A stretch of 64,000 nt of DNA from an uncultured Nitrososphaeraceae archaeon (GTDB lineage Archaea > Thermoproteota > Nitrososphaeria > Nitrososphaerales > Nitrososphaeraceae). The translations under genes were made by a program, and so were the position numbers. The stretch is from NCBI GenBank assembly GCA_963837175.1, contig CAWIMJ010000057.1, forward strand, positions 32,001 through 96,000, given 5' to 3'. The notes under the pieces are model-generated. The model was given only the letters and a program-made list of their open reading frames with translations. It made no database searches and was not told where the DNA came from. How positions within the stretch are numbered: position 1 is the first letter of the stretch; each line of letters starts with the position of its first letter. Positions 32,417 to 43,346 of the stretch are shown here, piece after piece.

Positions 32417-32482
32417 GCATATCTGTGTATATCTTAGCATTTACGAAAGTTTTTTAGATTAAAATACGACAAACTATCAAAC

Positions 32483-33262
32483 ATGTATTTATTGATAACT
32501 GCAATTTTTTCATTGGTATATCGGAATCTTATCGCTTCAATCGATAAAGTGTTTTTAATATGGCAAGTAGTATTTCCTATTATCTACATATTTGTAGCGG
32601 GTTATTCATATTCTGCATTACTAGGAGAGCAGCCTATTAGATTCGGCAATGCCCTGATCACATATCCTTCATATTTAGCAGCGGGCATGATCGGTTTTAA
32701 CGTTATGAATAGCAGCACAGTAGCTGGGAGCATTATTTGGAACGATAAACGAAACGGAATGTTTCAACAAATATTGGTTATGCCGTTCACGCGGATGCAA
32801 TATATCATTAGTAATCTTGTCACCATTATGCTAATGGGGCTTGCTAGTGCCTCACTCATCGTGGCAGCCGGTATTCCAACTATGCTCGGAAATGCAAATC
32901 CTACTCTCTTGACTATGCCTTATACAATATTCGCACTACTTTCCGGAGCAATATTTTTCGGTTCAATTACTATTATCATCTCAACTAAGCTTAAAAGTAG
33001 TGAAGGATTCAATGTGATTATTAATGGAATATTTCTTTTCTTTGCGTTTGCTAGTTCAGCATTTTATCCATCAGATGGAGTGCCTGAACCATTACGTACG
33101 GCATTCTACCTCAATCCATTGACATATATAGTAGATATTACAAGAGCAGGTATCTTTTCACAGATTAGTATGCTTACTACAATTGAGGTTGTTGTAATGG
33201 CAGCTCTTTCAGCAGGAGCATTTCTGATGGCCACCTTGTCATTGATTAGAATGAAAATCTAA
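32483..33262 (+). CDS. ABC-2 type exporter permease
   Basis: Six TM segments; YLAAGMIG, SSAFYP...P, LNPLTYIVD. Confidence 0.9.
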   Translation: MYLLITAIFSLVYRNLIASIDKVFLIWQVVFPIIYIFVAGYSYSALLGEQPIRFGNALITYPSYLAAGMIGFNVMNSSTVAGSIIWNDKRNGMFQQILVMPFTRMQYIISNLVTIMLMGLASASLIVAAGIPTMLGNANPTLLTMPYTIFALLSGAIFFGSITIIISTKLKSSEGFNVIINGIFLFFAFASSAFYPSDGVPEPLRTAFYLNPLTYIVDITRAGIFSQISMLTTIEVVVMAALSAGAFLMATLSLIRMKI

Positions 33263-33287
33263 AGCTTAATAGAAAAACACTATATAG

Positions 33288-34238
33288 CTATTTTTCGTGA
33301 TTTACTATAGTTAGGAATACCTCTTCTAGAGACGGCGGAGATATACTAATACTTTCAATTTGAACGCCATTCTCTGAAAGTAATTCAAATATTTTAACCA
33401 CCATTTCTTGCGCATTAACAGAACCTATGCTGAAAGTGTTTGTTTCTAAAATGTTAATATCTGAATTATTAGCAACTCTATTTACTAAATGTAAAACTGA
33501 TTCGGCTGAAGTATCTTTCAACTTAATCTCAATAGCCTTACTCCCTCCATACTTTTGTTTTAATCCAGCTGGAGTGTCAAAGGCAAGTATTTTGCCTTTG
33601 TCGATAATAGCAATTTCGTCGCAAAGATATTCTGCTTCTTCCATAATATGCGTAGTAAAGAAAACAGTTAGGCCAGCCTTTACTTGCTCTTTTATATAGT
33701 CTAACAGACTTCTTCTAGCAGAAGGGTCCAAGCCTACTGTGGGCTCGTCAAGAAAAAGCAAGTCCATATCATGCATAAACTCACGTGCAACTTGCACTCT
33801 TCTTCTTTGACCAATCGAAAGTTCGTCATTCTTTGTATTTCTGAGACTCTCTAAATCAAAGGCATGAAAAAGTTCTCTTAACTTATACTTTCTTCTTTCG
33901 GTTCCAAGTCCCCATAGAAAACCGTATAGATCGAGAGCTCGTTCTACTGTTAAGTTTGCCTCAAAGCTGGGTTGTTGTAAGACAACCCCAATTCTTTTTC
34001 TAACTTCTGATGAATCCTTTACAATGTCTTTACCGAAGACATGAACTTTTCCAGAAGACGGACGAATAAGAGTAGTAAGTACTTTTATTGTTGTAGTCTT
34101 GCCTGCTCCATTGGGACCAAGAAAGCCGAAAACCTTTCCATATTCAACATTAAAGGATATTCCATCTATAGCGCGTATGTCATTTTTATAATATTTCCGA
34201 AGTTCATGCACAGAAATGCAATGTTGCTCTCGTATCAA
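33288..34238 (-). CDS. ABC exporter ATP-binding subunit (DrrA-like)
   Basis: Walker A GPNGAGKTT, signature LSIGQ, Walker B LFLDEPT, C-terminal PSLEEVF. Confidence 0.93.
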   Translation of the reverse strand: MIREQHCISVHELRKYYKNDIRAIDGISFNVEYGKVFGFLGPNGAGKTTTIKVLTTLIRPSSGKVHVFGKDIVKDSSEVRKRIGVVLQQPSFEANLTVERALDLYGFLWGLGTERRKYKLRELFHAFDLESLRNTKNDELSIGQRRRVQVAREFMHDMDLLFLDEPTVGLDPSARRSLLDYIKEQVKAGLTVFFTTHIMEEAEYLCDEIAIIDKGKILAFDTPAGLKQKYGGSKAIEIKLKDTSAESVLHLVNRVANNSDINILETNTFSIGSVNAQEMVVKIFELLSENGVQIESISISPPSLEEVFLTIVNHEK

Positions 34239-34359
34239 AATTGTATGCTACTATCAAATATGTCTAATTTTTGTGTTTATTATTATTGGCTATTCTCAAA
34301 GCTATTGTTAAAACATATAGGCAAGTTATTTATTGATATATTAATAATAAGGAGGATGT

Positions 34360-35808
34360 TTGCTGGCTTTGTCTGCTGATTTTCAAAAGATGGTTGAAGT
34401 ATTGTTAAGTCAAAAACCGGAAGTCAGCGCTGAACAGATTAGAGATATGATTGATGAGAAGAAGCGTAAGATTGGTGCAGGTTATTTGACAGATCAGGGA
34501 GCATTATTTCTGGTTGCTGCTGATTTGGGCATTTCTTTTGAAAATGTTCCCAAGTCACAATTAGACATCAAGGATCTTTACATTGGTGCAAAAGATATCA
34601 CGGTTACAGCCAGAATAATGAATATTTATCCAATTCGTAAATTTAGAAAAAAGGATACTAATGAAGAATCTCAAAATCGAACTTTAACTATTTATGATAA
34701 AGAATCAAGCGTAAAACTGAAGCTTTGGGATAATCAAACTAGTATCCCTGATAAAATGGGGCTAAAACCGGGGGACCTTGTAAAAATTTCACAAGGGTAT
34801 GTTAAATCAGGCCTAGATGGAAGGCCCATTATCAATCTGGGTTCTAATGGAGTAATTGAACCATCGAATGACAAAGACAGCGCTATTCCGGATATCGACA
34901 CTAAATTGACTAAAGTGGATGATGTTAGAGAAGCTCAGGATAATGTTGTTATTGTTGGTAAGGTTAAATCCAACCCGAGAATCTCAGAATTCACAAATAT
35001 TCGTGGTGAACAAAATAAGTCACTGCAAATGCAAATCTCTAATGAAGACGGTTCTCGTACCTTACGCGTTGTCATTTGGAATGTTGAAGAACAAAAAATT
35101 CCAAAAGTGTTTAACACAGGTGCAACAATTAAATTTATTGGAGTAAGAATAAAACAAGGAAATCCACAATATGGCAAAGGCGACTTTGAAATTCACGGTG
35201 ACGAAGGAACATTATTAGAATTTTTTGGATCACAAGAGGAAGTAGAAGCCATGCCTTTGCGGATACTATCGGTAGGCAGAGAGAGCGGAAGAGGTAACGT
35301 TAACTGCTTAGCAATAGATAGAGGTGGCAAATTTGTAACTCTCGTAGTTGATAGTATTCTAATAAATGAATTAATAATTCCTGAAGCCATGATTGAATGT
35401 GTTCCGAGTAGAATCTTCGGTTCGAACATTACGCTAACTAAAGATGAGTCATATATTAGAACAATAGATAATGATCCATCTTTTCCAAAACTTGCCACTT
35501 TAGAGTCGAAAATAAAAGACATTCAATTATCTGACAACCCCTTCATTCTAGAGGCTATTGTTTTACAATCACCGAATATAACCGATGTTAATACTAAGAC
35601 CGGAGAAATTGTGGCTGTGACTGATACGTTACTAGGTGACGACACGGGTGAGATAAGATTGGTAGGTTGGCGATATCATAGCTCTACAATTAATCAATTG
35701 AGCGTAGGCGACAGGATAAAGGTAATTGGTGCCACATCAAATAACGGAAGAGAAGCAAAAGTAGAACTTACACTAAAGCCGTATTCTTCCATCATAAAGA
35801 TAGGTTAG
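34360..35808 (+). CDS. rpa: Replication protein A / multi-OB-fold ssDNA-binding protein
   Basis: GYLTDQGALFLVA N-terminus; repeated OB folds (KLKLWD, RVVIWN, DDTGEIRLVGW). Confidence 0.85.
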   Translation: MLALSADFQKMVEVLLSQKPEVSAEQIRDMIDEKKRKIGAGYLTDQGALFLVAADLGISFENVPKSQLDIKDLYIGAKDITVTARIMNIYPIRKFRKKDTNEESQNRTLTIYDKESSVKLKLWDNQTSIPDKMGLKPGDLVKISQGYVKSGLDGRPIINLGSNGVIEPSNDKDSAIPDIDTKLTKVDDVREAQDNVVIVGKVKSNPRISEFTNIRGEQNKSLQMQISNEDGSRTLRVVIWNVEEQKIPKVFNTGATIKFIGVRIKQGNPQYGKGDFEIHGDEGTLLEFFGSQEEVEAMPLRILSVGRESGRGNVNCLAIDRGGKFVTLVVDSILINELIIPEAMIECVPSRIFGSNITLTKDESYIRTIDNDPSFPKLATLESKIKDIQLSDNPFILEAIVLQSPNITDVNTKTGEIVAVTDTLLGDDTGEIRLVGWRYHSSTINQLSVGDRIKVIGATSNNGREAKVELTLKPYSSIIKIG

Positions 35809-36297
35809 TAATAGTATGGTCATACCATTTTTGGAATTTGTCTAGCTTATCTAAATACTATGTATTCCTGACTTTAATAAACAAGTTTTTATACGTCTTA
35901 GTATGATTTTTGACGAATGCCCCGAAATTATGCTATTCTTAAAGAAACTAGTTTCTTTTAAAACTTAATATTTTATTCTCAGAAAATTATAAAATCAATT
36001 AGCGTATTAATAAATATAATTCAACTTAAACGGAAATGCATAAAATATAATATTCCTAGGATTTCACAGAATTCTGATTCCAGATAAAAATGACTTCAGA
36101 TGAAAATACTCTATAGAAGAATTTTAGCCAAAGGGAAAAAACATTTTTTTAGTATATCCTATACATATATACATAGTTGGTAATTCTGATTGCTTGAATT
36201 ATTCCTACATGTATAGAAGTAATCCAATTAAGCCAGTCATTATTCTATATAATATAATTATAGCTTAAGGTTGACTATATAATCTAAGAATATCTAA

Positions 36298-39045
36298 TCA
36301 ATCCCAAAAGCCTCGGGTAGTTACGTATTGTCTTTCTGCTTCATATATGCTCTTGTATATTTCGTTCTCGTCTACGCAATTACGTAGAATGCGTGCAGCA
36401 GTGTCCGCACCGATCCCAAAACCGGCTAGTACAACGATCGCTGTCTTACCAAAATTGTTGACTAATGAAGAAACTTTCCAGGCACGCTCGAATTTGTGAT
36501 TTTCCTCTGCTGATAGCTTGTTTCCTGTGAGTCTTTTCCCAATAATTTTTGTCAAGTCATAGTCATATGAAGATGTTCTTGTTATAAGTCTAGATCGGCA
36601 TTTCGGGCAAGAAAGGTTTTCTGGAGTTTCTCTCGTTTCAACAGTCCTTTCCCATTTTCCACATCGGATGCAAATCAATCTATGCTTGGTCTTTTCAAGT
36701 CTTTCCTTTACAAGTTCCATTACACCTTTTTCAATGCTTAATGGAGTAGCAGAGAATTTTGCAGAATGTTCCAGAATAGGCTTTGCTAAATCAGAAAATT
36801 CATTAGTTTCAATCCAATATATTTTTATTACATCATTTTGTATATCATGTATTATTTTTTCTGTCTGGCTAATGTCATATTTATCGTGTATAATCTCTCT
36901 TATTGATTCTCTGCTTATAGGAGTTTTAGCATATCTATCATAAATCATACGTGCTACCTTTTTGTCATATATCGCTTCTCTGCTTATCATCCCGAATCTT
37001 TTTGCCACCATCCAAACCTTCCAATTGATATTGTGAGTGCCAGTAAAAGAAGCAATGATTACAGCTTCCAGATCATATGTATCTTTTAGCATCCTCTCAA
37101 CATGATCTCTTCCTATTCTAGCAGTTGAAGAGAGCATAATTCTGTATGCATCAGATCTTGTTTCTACTAAGTATCCCAATTGCGACGATAGTATTGTAGA
37201 TAATAGCGACGCTATTGTATTATTGACCTTGGAGCCAAAGGTAGAATGAACAATGACAGTATTTCTTGAGGTTAAATTTTCTATTACAATATTTTTAGAA
37301 TCAGGAATAACATTTAATGACTTGATGCTTTCATCTATTATAGAAGTAGAAATCTTAATGTGGTTCATGGCCGCTTGATTTCGGATAGAGCCTACTTCTT
37401 CCGCGGTCTTAAAGTCTACAGGAATCATCTCCCCTACCCAGTAAGGAATATTAATTGCAGTACCATGTAATGGTTCAACATTCACTTGCATTCTACCTTC
37501 ATCTATTGAAAGAATGCGCCATTGCGAACCTTTTAAGACAAAAACGTTTCCTTTCTCCCCGTAGTCTCCCACAAATTGCTGATCCAGAGTTCCAATTTTT
37601 CTTTTGCGAATCGAATCTATAACCTCAAATTTTAAAACATGGGGAATCATAGAAAGATTCTCAAAGTAATACTTGTATGCCTTTATTCTGCGCTGATACG
37701 TGTGATCTTCTCTGTTATATGCAATTATACGATTACCATCAAGTAAATTTATGCATTCTTTAAGATCATTAAATGTGATCAGGCGAAATGGATACGCCTT
37801 TGTTACCAAATCAAAAGCAATTTCAACTCTAATAGGCTCTCTTGTTTGCATAGCTAATCCTACGAGATGATGAGCCAAGACATCAAAAGCGCACGTGTGC
37901 ATCGACTGTTGTTCTATTGAACCTTTTTTCATCCTTCGAATAATTGCAAGAGACTCTATTTCATCGTCTGGAATGTTGGTTACTATCAAGCCCTTTGCAG
38001 AACTTCTCTGTCTATGTCTACTACGACCAATTCTCTGCATTAATTTTGAAACTTGTCTTGGTGAACCATAATGTACTACCAATTCTACAGAGCCTATATC
38101 TAAACCAAGTTCTAATGATGAAGTACATACAACTATGCCAGCAGACCCCTCTCTTAATCTGATTTCAGTCTCTTCTCTCATATCCTTTGATAAAGAGCCA
38201 TGATGAACATCTATTTCAATATAGTTTTGATTTTTGAGAATAGTACCAAGATATTCTGCTTCGTCTCTGGTATTGGTAAACAGCAAAATGGAACCTTTGA
38301 TGTTATTGTCTCTAACATAGTCGATTATGAAATGAGCGACATTGTTAAGAGAACCTTTTATAAACCTGACATCTATATCATATATCCTCATAGAATTATC
38401 GGTAAGAATAGCACATTTTCTGTTAACGCCTGAAATAAATCTAGCAGCCTCTTTTAAATTACCTACTGTCGCTGAGAGTCCGATCCTTGTAACAGATAGA
38501 AGACTCGCGGCCTGTAATCTTTCCAGACTAATTGATAAATGTGAGCCTCTTTCATTTGATACAAGCTCATGTGCCTCATCAATTATGACCCACTCCAAAC
38601 TATCTAGTGCCTTAAGCATTTTACTGCTGGTCAGAACTACTGCAAGAGATTCGGGAGTTGTGATCAATACTTCAGGTGGGTATTCAACAATTTTTCTTTT
38701 GTCGCTAGTGGTAGTATCGCCATGTCGTATTTGTACTCGAAGATTCTCAGATTCAGCATATTTGATGATTCTTCGAAGAACATCATTATTCAATGCACGT
38801 AATGGAGTGATATAGATTGCCTTGATTTTTCCCCTATGATGTAGCTTGTGGTTAGATAAATGTGTAAATACTGGCAGAACAGCTGCTTCTGTTTTGCCAG
38901 AACCAGTTGGAGCAATTAGCAGACAGTTTACTTTTCTTGAAATGACTGGTATTGCTTTTTTTTGAATTGGAGTTAGTTCCTTGAAACCTTCTTTTAGAAA
39001 TTTTTTGCTAACTAACGTTTCACCTTTAGTCTCTTTTAATGTCAG
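36298..39045 (-). CDS. lhr: Lhr-like SF2 helicase (true start upstream of ORF-track call)
   Basis: Frame open upstream of 38793 encoding Q-motif LTPIQ, Walker A APTGSGKTEAA and YITPLRALN; DEAH, SATVG, SSLELGLD, QRIGRS; C-terminal Zn finger. Nearest in-frame near-cognate start is CTG at 39045. Confidence 0.9.
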   Translation of the reverse strand: MTLKETKGETLVSKKFLKEGFKELTPIQKKAIPVISRKVNCLLIAPTGSGKTEAAVLPVFTHLSNHKLHHRGKIKAIYITPLRALNNDVLRRIIKYAESENLRVQIRHGDTTTSDKRKIVEYPPEVLITTPESLAVVLTSSKMLKALDSLEWVIIDEAHELVSNERGSHLSISLERLQAASLLSVTRIGLSATVGNLKEAARFISGVNRKCAILTDNSMRIYDIDVRFIKGSLNNVAHFIIDYVRDNNIKGSILLFTNTRDEAEYLGTILKNQNYIEIDVHHGSLSKDMREETEIRLREGSAGIVVCTSSLELGLDIGSVELVVHYGSPRQVSKLMQRIGRSRHRQRSSAKGLIVTNIPDDEIESLAIIRRMKKGSIEQQSMHTCAFDVLAHHLVGLAMQTREPIRVEIAFDLVTKAYPFRLITFNDLKECINLLDGNRIIAYNREDHTYQRRIKAYKYYFENLSMIPHVLKFEVIDSIRKRKIGTLDQQFVGDYGEKGNVFVLKGSQWRILSIDEGRMQVNVEPLHGTAINIPYWVGEMIPVDFKTAEEVGSIRNQAAMNHIKISTSIIDESIKSLNVIPDSKNIVIENLTSRNTVIVHSTFGSKVNNTIASLLSTILSSQLGYLVETRSDAYRIMLSSTARIGRDHVERMLKDTYDLEAVIIASFTGTHNINWKVWMVAKRFGMISREAIYDKKVARMIYDRYAKTPISRESIREIIHDKYDISQTEKIIHDIQNDVIKIYWIETNEFSDLAKPILEHSAKFSATPLSIEKGVMELVKERLEKTKHRLICIRCGKWERTVETRETPENLSCPKCRSRLITRTSSYDYDLTKIIGKRLTGNKLSAEENHKFERAWKVSSLVNNFGKTAIVVLAGFGIGADTAARILRNCVDENEIYKSIYEAERQYVTTRGFWD

Positions 39046-39283
39046 ATGAAGATCCCACTTCTTGCCGTTTTTGTTGTTGTTGCTGCTCCTGTCTAGAGTG
39101 TTTTATCTTTGAATTTGATATCTCATAGATCATTACGGTAAATAGACCAATGATAAACAATGCTGCCAGCAAGCCAGGCATATGAATCGAAGTTTGCAAT
39201 TCCCTCAGCTGCCATCTTTTCATTGTAGTCCGCGCGGCGGCAATAAATATATTCGCTTTAAGAACTAAATTTAATAATAGCAA
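39026..39283 (-). CDS. Small putative membrane protein
   Basis: One TM helix (GLLAALFIIGLFTVMIY) plus polyQ tail; start uncertain. Confidence 0.4.
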   Translation of the reverse strand: MLLLNLVLKANIFIAAARTTMKRWQLRELQTSIHMPGLLAALFIIGLFTVMIYEISNSKIKHSRQEQQQQQKRQEVGSSSDIKRD

Positions 39284-40357
39284 ATGAATTTCAAGCTACT
39301 AATGTCAAGCAATACTCCTACTATAGAAGACTCAGAATTCAAGGAAAAAAAGAAGGCAAAGGCAGTGGCATTACTATCAGGTGGTTTAGACAGTAATTTA
39401 GCGGTTCGGATGATGTTAGAGCAGGGAATTGAAGTAGAGGCAATTGCTATCAAGACTCCATTTTGTGATTTTGATTGTGGAAAGGGTTGCGGTCATAGAG
39501 TTAAAGAAGTTGCCTCGGAATTAGGCGTACAATTGAAAACTGTATATTATGGTGAAGAGTATCTCAAAATGCTAAAGCATCCCAAATATGGGTATGGCTC
39601 TGGAATGAATCCCTGTATTGATTGTAGAGGAATGATGTATAAAACTGCAAAAGAGCATATGGAAAAAATAGGGGCTGATTTTATCGTTACTGGTGAGGTT
39701 CTATTTCAAAGGCCGATGAGTCAGAATAATCGTGCTTTAAATATAATAGAGGAAGAGACAGGGATGGAAGGTAAAGTCTTAAGGCCTCTTTCGGCAAAAC
39801 ATCTAACTCCTACAGAAGCTGAAAAGTATGGATTGGTTGAGCGGTCAAAATTAGGTGATATCAGGGGAAGGTCGCGCAAAAGTCAAATTGCTCTAGCAAA
39901 TTATTTTAAAATAAGCGATCCACCTAATGCCGCCGGTGGATGTTTGTTAACCGACCCCGCATTTTCAAAAAGAATCAGAGACCTTATGGAGCACAGCAAA
40001 GGTATTCCAAGTATCAACGATGTAGAACTCTTAAAGATCGGGAGACATTTTAGATTGTCTCCTGAAGCAAAGCTGGTTGTAGGTAGAGATGAGGATGAAA
40101 ACGATATGATCGAAGCTATGATTATAGATGGTGACATAAAAATGGAGGCAACCGAATATGTAGGACCTAAATGTATTTTGAGATGCAAAAAATGTGATAG
40201 TAGAATATTGAGTATGGCTGCAAGAGCTGTGTTGCGTTACTCTGATGCCCCTAGAGGAAATCCATCTAAAGTAAAAGTTGAAATTAATGGTCTTCAAGAA
40301 GATGAAGTATTGGCTTTGTCTGCAAACGAGACCGAGCTTGAAGGATTACGAATCTAA
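39284..40357 (+). CDS. PP-loop tRNA thiouridine synthase-like protein (ThiI/MnmA-like with DUF814-type C-terminus)
   Basis: ALLSGGLDS PP-loop, NPCIDCR, TGEVLFQRPMSQ, AGGCLLTD, GRHFR. Confidence 0.85.
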   Translation: MNFKLLMSSNTPTIEDSEFKEKKKAKAVALLSGGLDSNLAVRMMLEQGIEVEAIAIKTPFCDFDCGKGCGHRVKEVASELGVQLKTVYYGEEYLKMLKHPKYGYGSGMNPCIDCRGMMYKTAKEHMEKIGADFIVTGEVLFQRPMSQNNRALNIIEEETGMEGKVLRPLSAKHLTPTEAEKYGLVERSKLGDIRGRSRKSQIALANYFKISDPPNAAGGCLLTDPAFSKRIRDLMEHSKGIPSINDVELLKIGRHFRLSPEAKLVVGRDEDENDMIEAMIIDGDIKMEATEYVGPKCILRCKKCDSRILSMAARAVLRYSDAPRGNPSKVKVEINGLQEDEVLALSANETELEGLRI

Positions 40358-40440
40358 AATCAACCAGTCTGTTAACGTCTTTTGACCAGTATGACTATTT
40401 GTTGATTCTTGTGGATTTGTCTATAATTGATATAGGATAA

Positions 40441-40728
40441 ATGGATTTCATGCAAACACAAAAGACACCAATTTATTTGAAAGCAATAACTTTGCGCGAT
40501 ACGAGCGACGTAGCCAGTATAAAGAATGATGCCAAGAAGCAAACAATCGTTATCTTACGAGTTACTCCATTGGCACAAAAAGATGTAGAGGGTTTACGTA
40601 AGGCAATTGATGAACTCTATGGATATGTCCAGTCAATTGGTGGTGATATTGCAAGACTAGGAGAGGAGCGAGTTGTATTAACTCCGCCTGGTGTAAAAAT
40701 ATGGCGTGGTGCATATGACATGAAATAA
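40441..40728 (+). CDS. sepF: Cell division protein SepF
   Basis: IVILRVTPL...GGDIARLGEERVVLTPPGVKI. Confidence 0.85.
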   Translation: MDFMQTQKTPIYLKAITLRDTSDVASIKNDAKKQTIVILRVTPLAQKDVEGLRKAIDELYGYVQSIGGDIARLGEERVVLTPPGVKIWRGAYDMK

Positions 40729-41245
40729 ATATTTTTCATTACCCCTCATTCACTCATAATGTCGTTAAATGTACTAATATCTATAGCAACCGCGGGCAAA
40801 ATAGTCTCGATCTCTTCCCATGTTTGCATAAGTAAAGATTTTCTATAACATGTATAGGGTAATAAGAATTGTTAAAGATCAATGACGTCTTAGTGCCATA
40901 CAAATCTATCATACAATTAGTGAAGTAAATTTTTTACATGTTATTCTATTATTCTGAAGCTTGGATGTGTTTACAAATTGGAAAATCGAAGTGGATAACG
41001 GGGTGGATCTTTAGATACAAATAATATTTTTAAGATAATGCTATCCTCATATTATTATATTTTATTTCTTCTTGTTAGTGTAATCCCATAACAGTAGAAG
41101 GGTCACGGCTAACATTTTTTCAACAGCAAATAGTAGTATTGTTATTTACGAGTTCTATTAATATAATCTTTATAATGAATTGACTCTTGCAATTATTTTT
41201 TATAGTACCATTCGCATTACAAAAAAAAGACGGACGACCAGAGGT

Positions 41246-43138
41246 TTAGAGTAATTTTATTGCTTCTTGTACTAATGGCTGCTGCGTTGGAATCTTTAAC
41301 ATCTTATTGATTGAATTCGCAAGATTCTGTCCATTAGCTCTCTCTCCATGATTGACTAATACTCGTTTCAGTTTAGGTCTTAATCTACTTATATATGCTA
41401 TCAATTGATTATAATCGCTATGCATACTAAAACCCTCTATTTTTTGAATTTGGCAGTCTATATCGATACTTTGGGTTCCGATTGTAATTTGTCGATTTCC
41501 ATCTTGGATATATCTACCTGGAGTATCCAAAACTTGATACGAAGCTAGTATTAATTTATTATTCGGATCATTACATATTTGCTTGAGGTATTCCACCGAA
41601 GGACCACCTAGTAACATAGAAGAAGGAGCTAAAATTATTGCAGATTCATTCTTTTCTATAGTTGTATATTCACTAACTTCAAAATGATTAGATTGAAGAG
41701 GAGTCTCTTCCTCCTCCAGAATCCCCTTCTTTAGATCTTTTGAAAGGTATTCTGGATACGTGTCATATATTGAAGTTGCCTCTAAAATGATCTTTTCTAC
41801 CAATATTTTTGTGTCATTAATTTTACCAGCTTTCATATACATATTAATCACAAGCATAATTTCTTGAGACAATCCAACAGCAGGCACTGGAATCAAGACT
41901 TTTCCTTTTCCATTTATTGTGCTATTTATGCTATCGATAAGATGCATCTCAGCCTCCTCGCGTTGAGGGAACACATCTTCCTTGCCCCCATGTGTGCTTT
42001 CTATAATTATCGTTTCAACTCGGGGAAAGTTCCATGCTGCATTTTCTAGAGATAATATCTTTGCAAATTTCAGATCTCCCGTATAAACAAGATTGTGATC
42101 GCCGCTACCGATATGTAAGTGAATCGATGCAGAGCCTATCATATGACCGGAATTACCCAAGACAAGTCTTATATCAGGAGAGATATCGGTAACTATTCCA
42201 AACGATAAGGGAATGGTATGCATCACCGCTGCATCAATGTCTCGAACGGAAAATAATGATACGTCGTCGCTATTCTTAATATACTGTGTTTGCAACAAAT
42301 TCATTAACGGTAAGGTTGGCTCAGAGCAGTATACAGGCCCATGATATCCATATTTGAAAAGAGCCGGCAAAAAACCTGAGTGGTCAAGATGAGCATGGCT
42401 TAAAATTACCGCATCAATTTCATCCATCTCAAGTCCAGTGATATCGAATCTTGGAAAAGAGCATAGTGCATTTTTAGCAGCTATGTTAACTCCACAATCT
42501 AGTAAAATTTTACTTTCATGAGTAGTAAGTAAAATAGATGAACGACCTACCTCGGAGAACCCGCCAAGAGTAATTAAACTTGCTTCTGCTATTTCATTCA
42601 ACTTCGATCTAAAAATTTTCTCTCCAACTTCTTTGTAAAAACGAATTCTCTCATTTACTGTATTATGAAGAATTTCGTTTATATTTCTGATAATATCCAT
42701 TATTAAAGGAGCTTTTCTTATCCGTATTCTCCAACCAGTTTTTTCAACAAGATCAATATTATCATAATCCTCCCCTAACTGGAGAAGTAAAGAGGGTTTT
42801 CCAACAAAAACTGTCGCTTCACCTAATGCTGGATCGAAGAATGTTTCAAGTATTCTTACTTCTTTTGGAATAAATTCGTGTAATATTTGATTTGCTTCCT
42901 CTTCTGACTTACGTATAGATTCATCGATTCGAATCACAATTCTTTTTTTTATCGTATTGACTATATTAGAAACAAGTTGAGCATTTTGCATTAGATATCT
43001 GGGATTTTTAGAGTATAAAGCAATACGTGGCCCTTCATATTCAATTTTGGTCAGTCCTGATTCCTCAGGAAGATTTTGAAGTATTGTTGTCATAATATGT
43101 TGACTAGTATTTTCGTTGTAGGATGTCCTGCGTTGCAT
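41246..43138 (-). CDS. KH + beta-CASP ribonuclease, aCPSF1/FttA family (possibly a divergent paralog)
   Basis: IEYEGP KH region; LGGFSEVGRS, SHAHLDH, GHMIGS, YTGD, FSMHSD, NHGE. Confidence 0.88.
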   Translation of the reverse strand: MQRRTSYNENTSQHIMTTILQNLPEESGLTKIEYEGPRIALYSKNPRYLMQNAQLVSNIVNTIKKRIVIRIDESIRKSEEEANQILHEFIPKEVRILETFFDPALGEATVFVGKPSLLLQLGEDYDNIDLVEKTGWRIRIRKAPLIMDIIRNINEILHNTVNERIRFYKEVGEKIFRSKLNEIAEASLITLGGFSEVGRSSILLTTHESKILLDCGVNIAAKNALCSFPRFDITGLEMDEIDAVILSHAHLDHSGFLPALFKYGYHGPVYCSEPTLPLMNLLQTQYIKNSDDVSLFSVRDIDAAVMHTIPLSFGIVTDISPDIRLVLGNSGHMIGSASIHLHIGSGDHNLVYTGDLKFAKILSLENAAWNFPRVETIIIESTHGGKEDVFPQREEAEMHLIDSINSTINGKGKVLIPVPAVGLSQEIMLVINMYMKAGKINDTKILVEKIILEATSIYDTYPEYLSKDLKKGILEEEETPLQSNHFEVSEYTTIEKNESAIILAPSSMLLGGPSVEYLKQICNDPNNKLILASYQVLDTPGRYIQDGNRQITIGTQSIDIDCQIQKIEGFSMHSDYNQLIAYISRLRPKLKRVLVNHGERANGQNLANSINKMLKIPTQQPLVQEAIKLL

Positions 43139-43346
43139 ATTAATTTATCACTAATTATCGGTTGTTAAATCACGGCAATAGCCAGATTTTTCAAGATTCG
43201 GTCTATCATTTTAGCTAACCAATTAAAGAATGTTTCGATCATTTATAAAAATATCAACAAGAATACAACGGAGGCTGCACAAATTTCAATTGATAAAACA
43301 TTAATATTGAAATAGTAAGACGATTATACTAATTTGCTGATATAGG

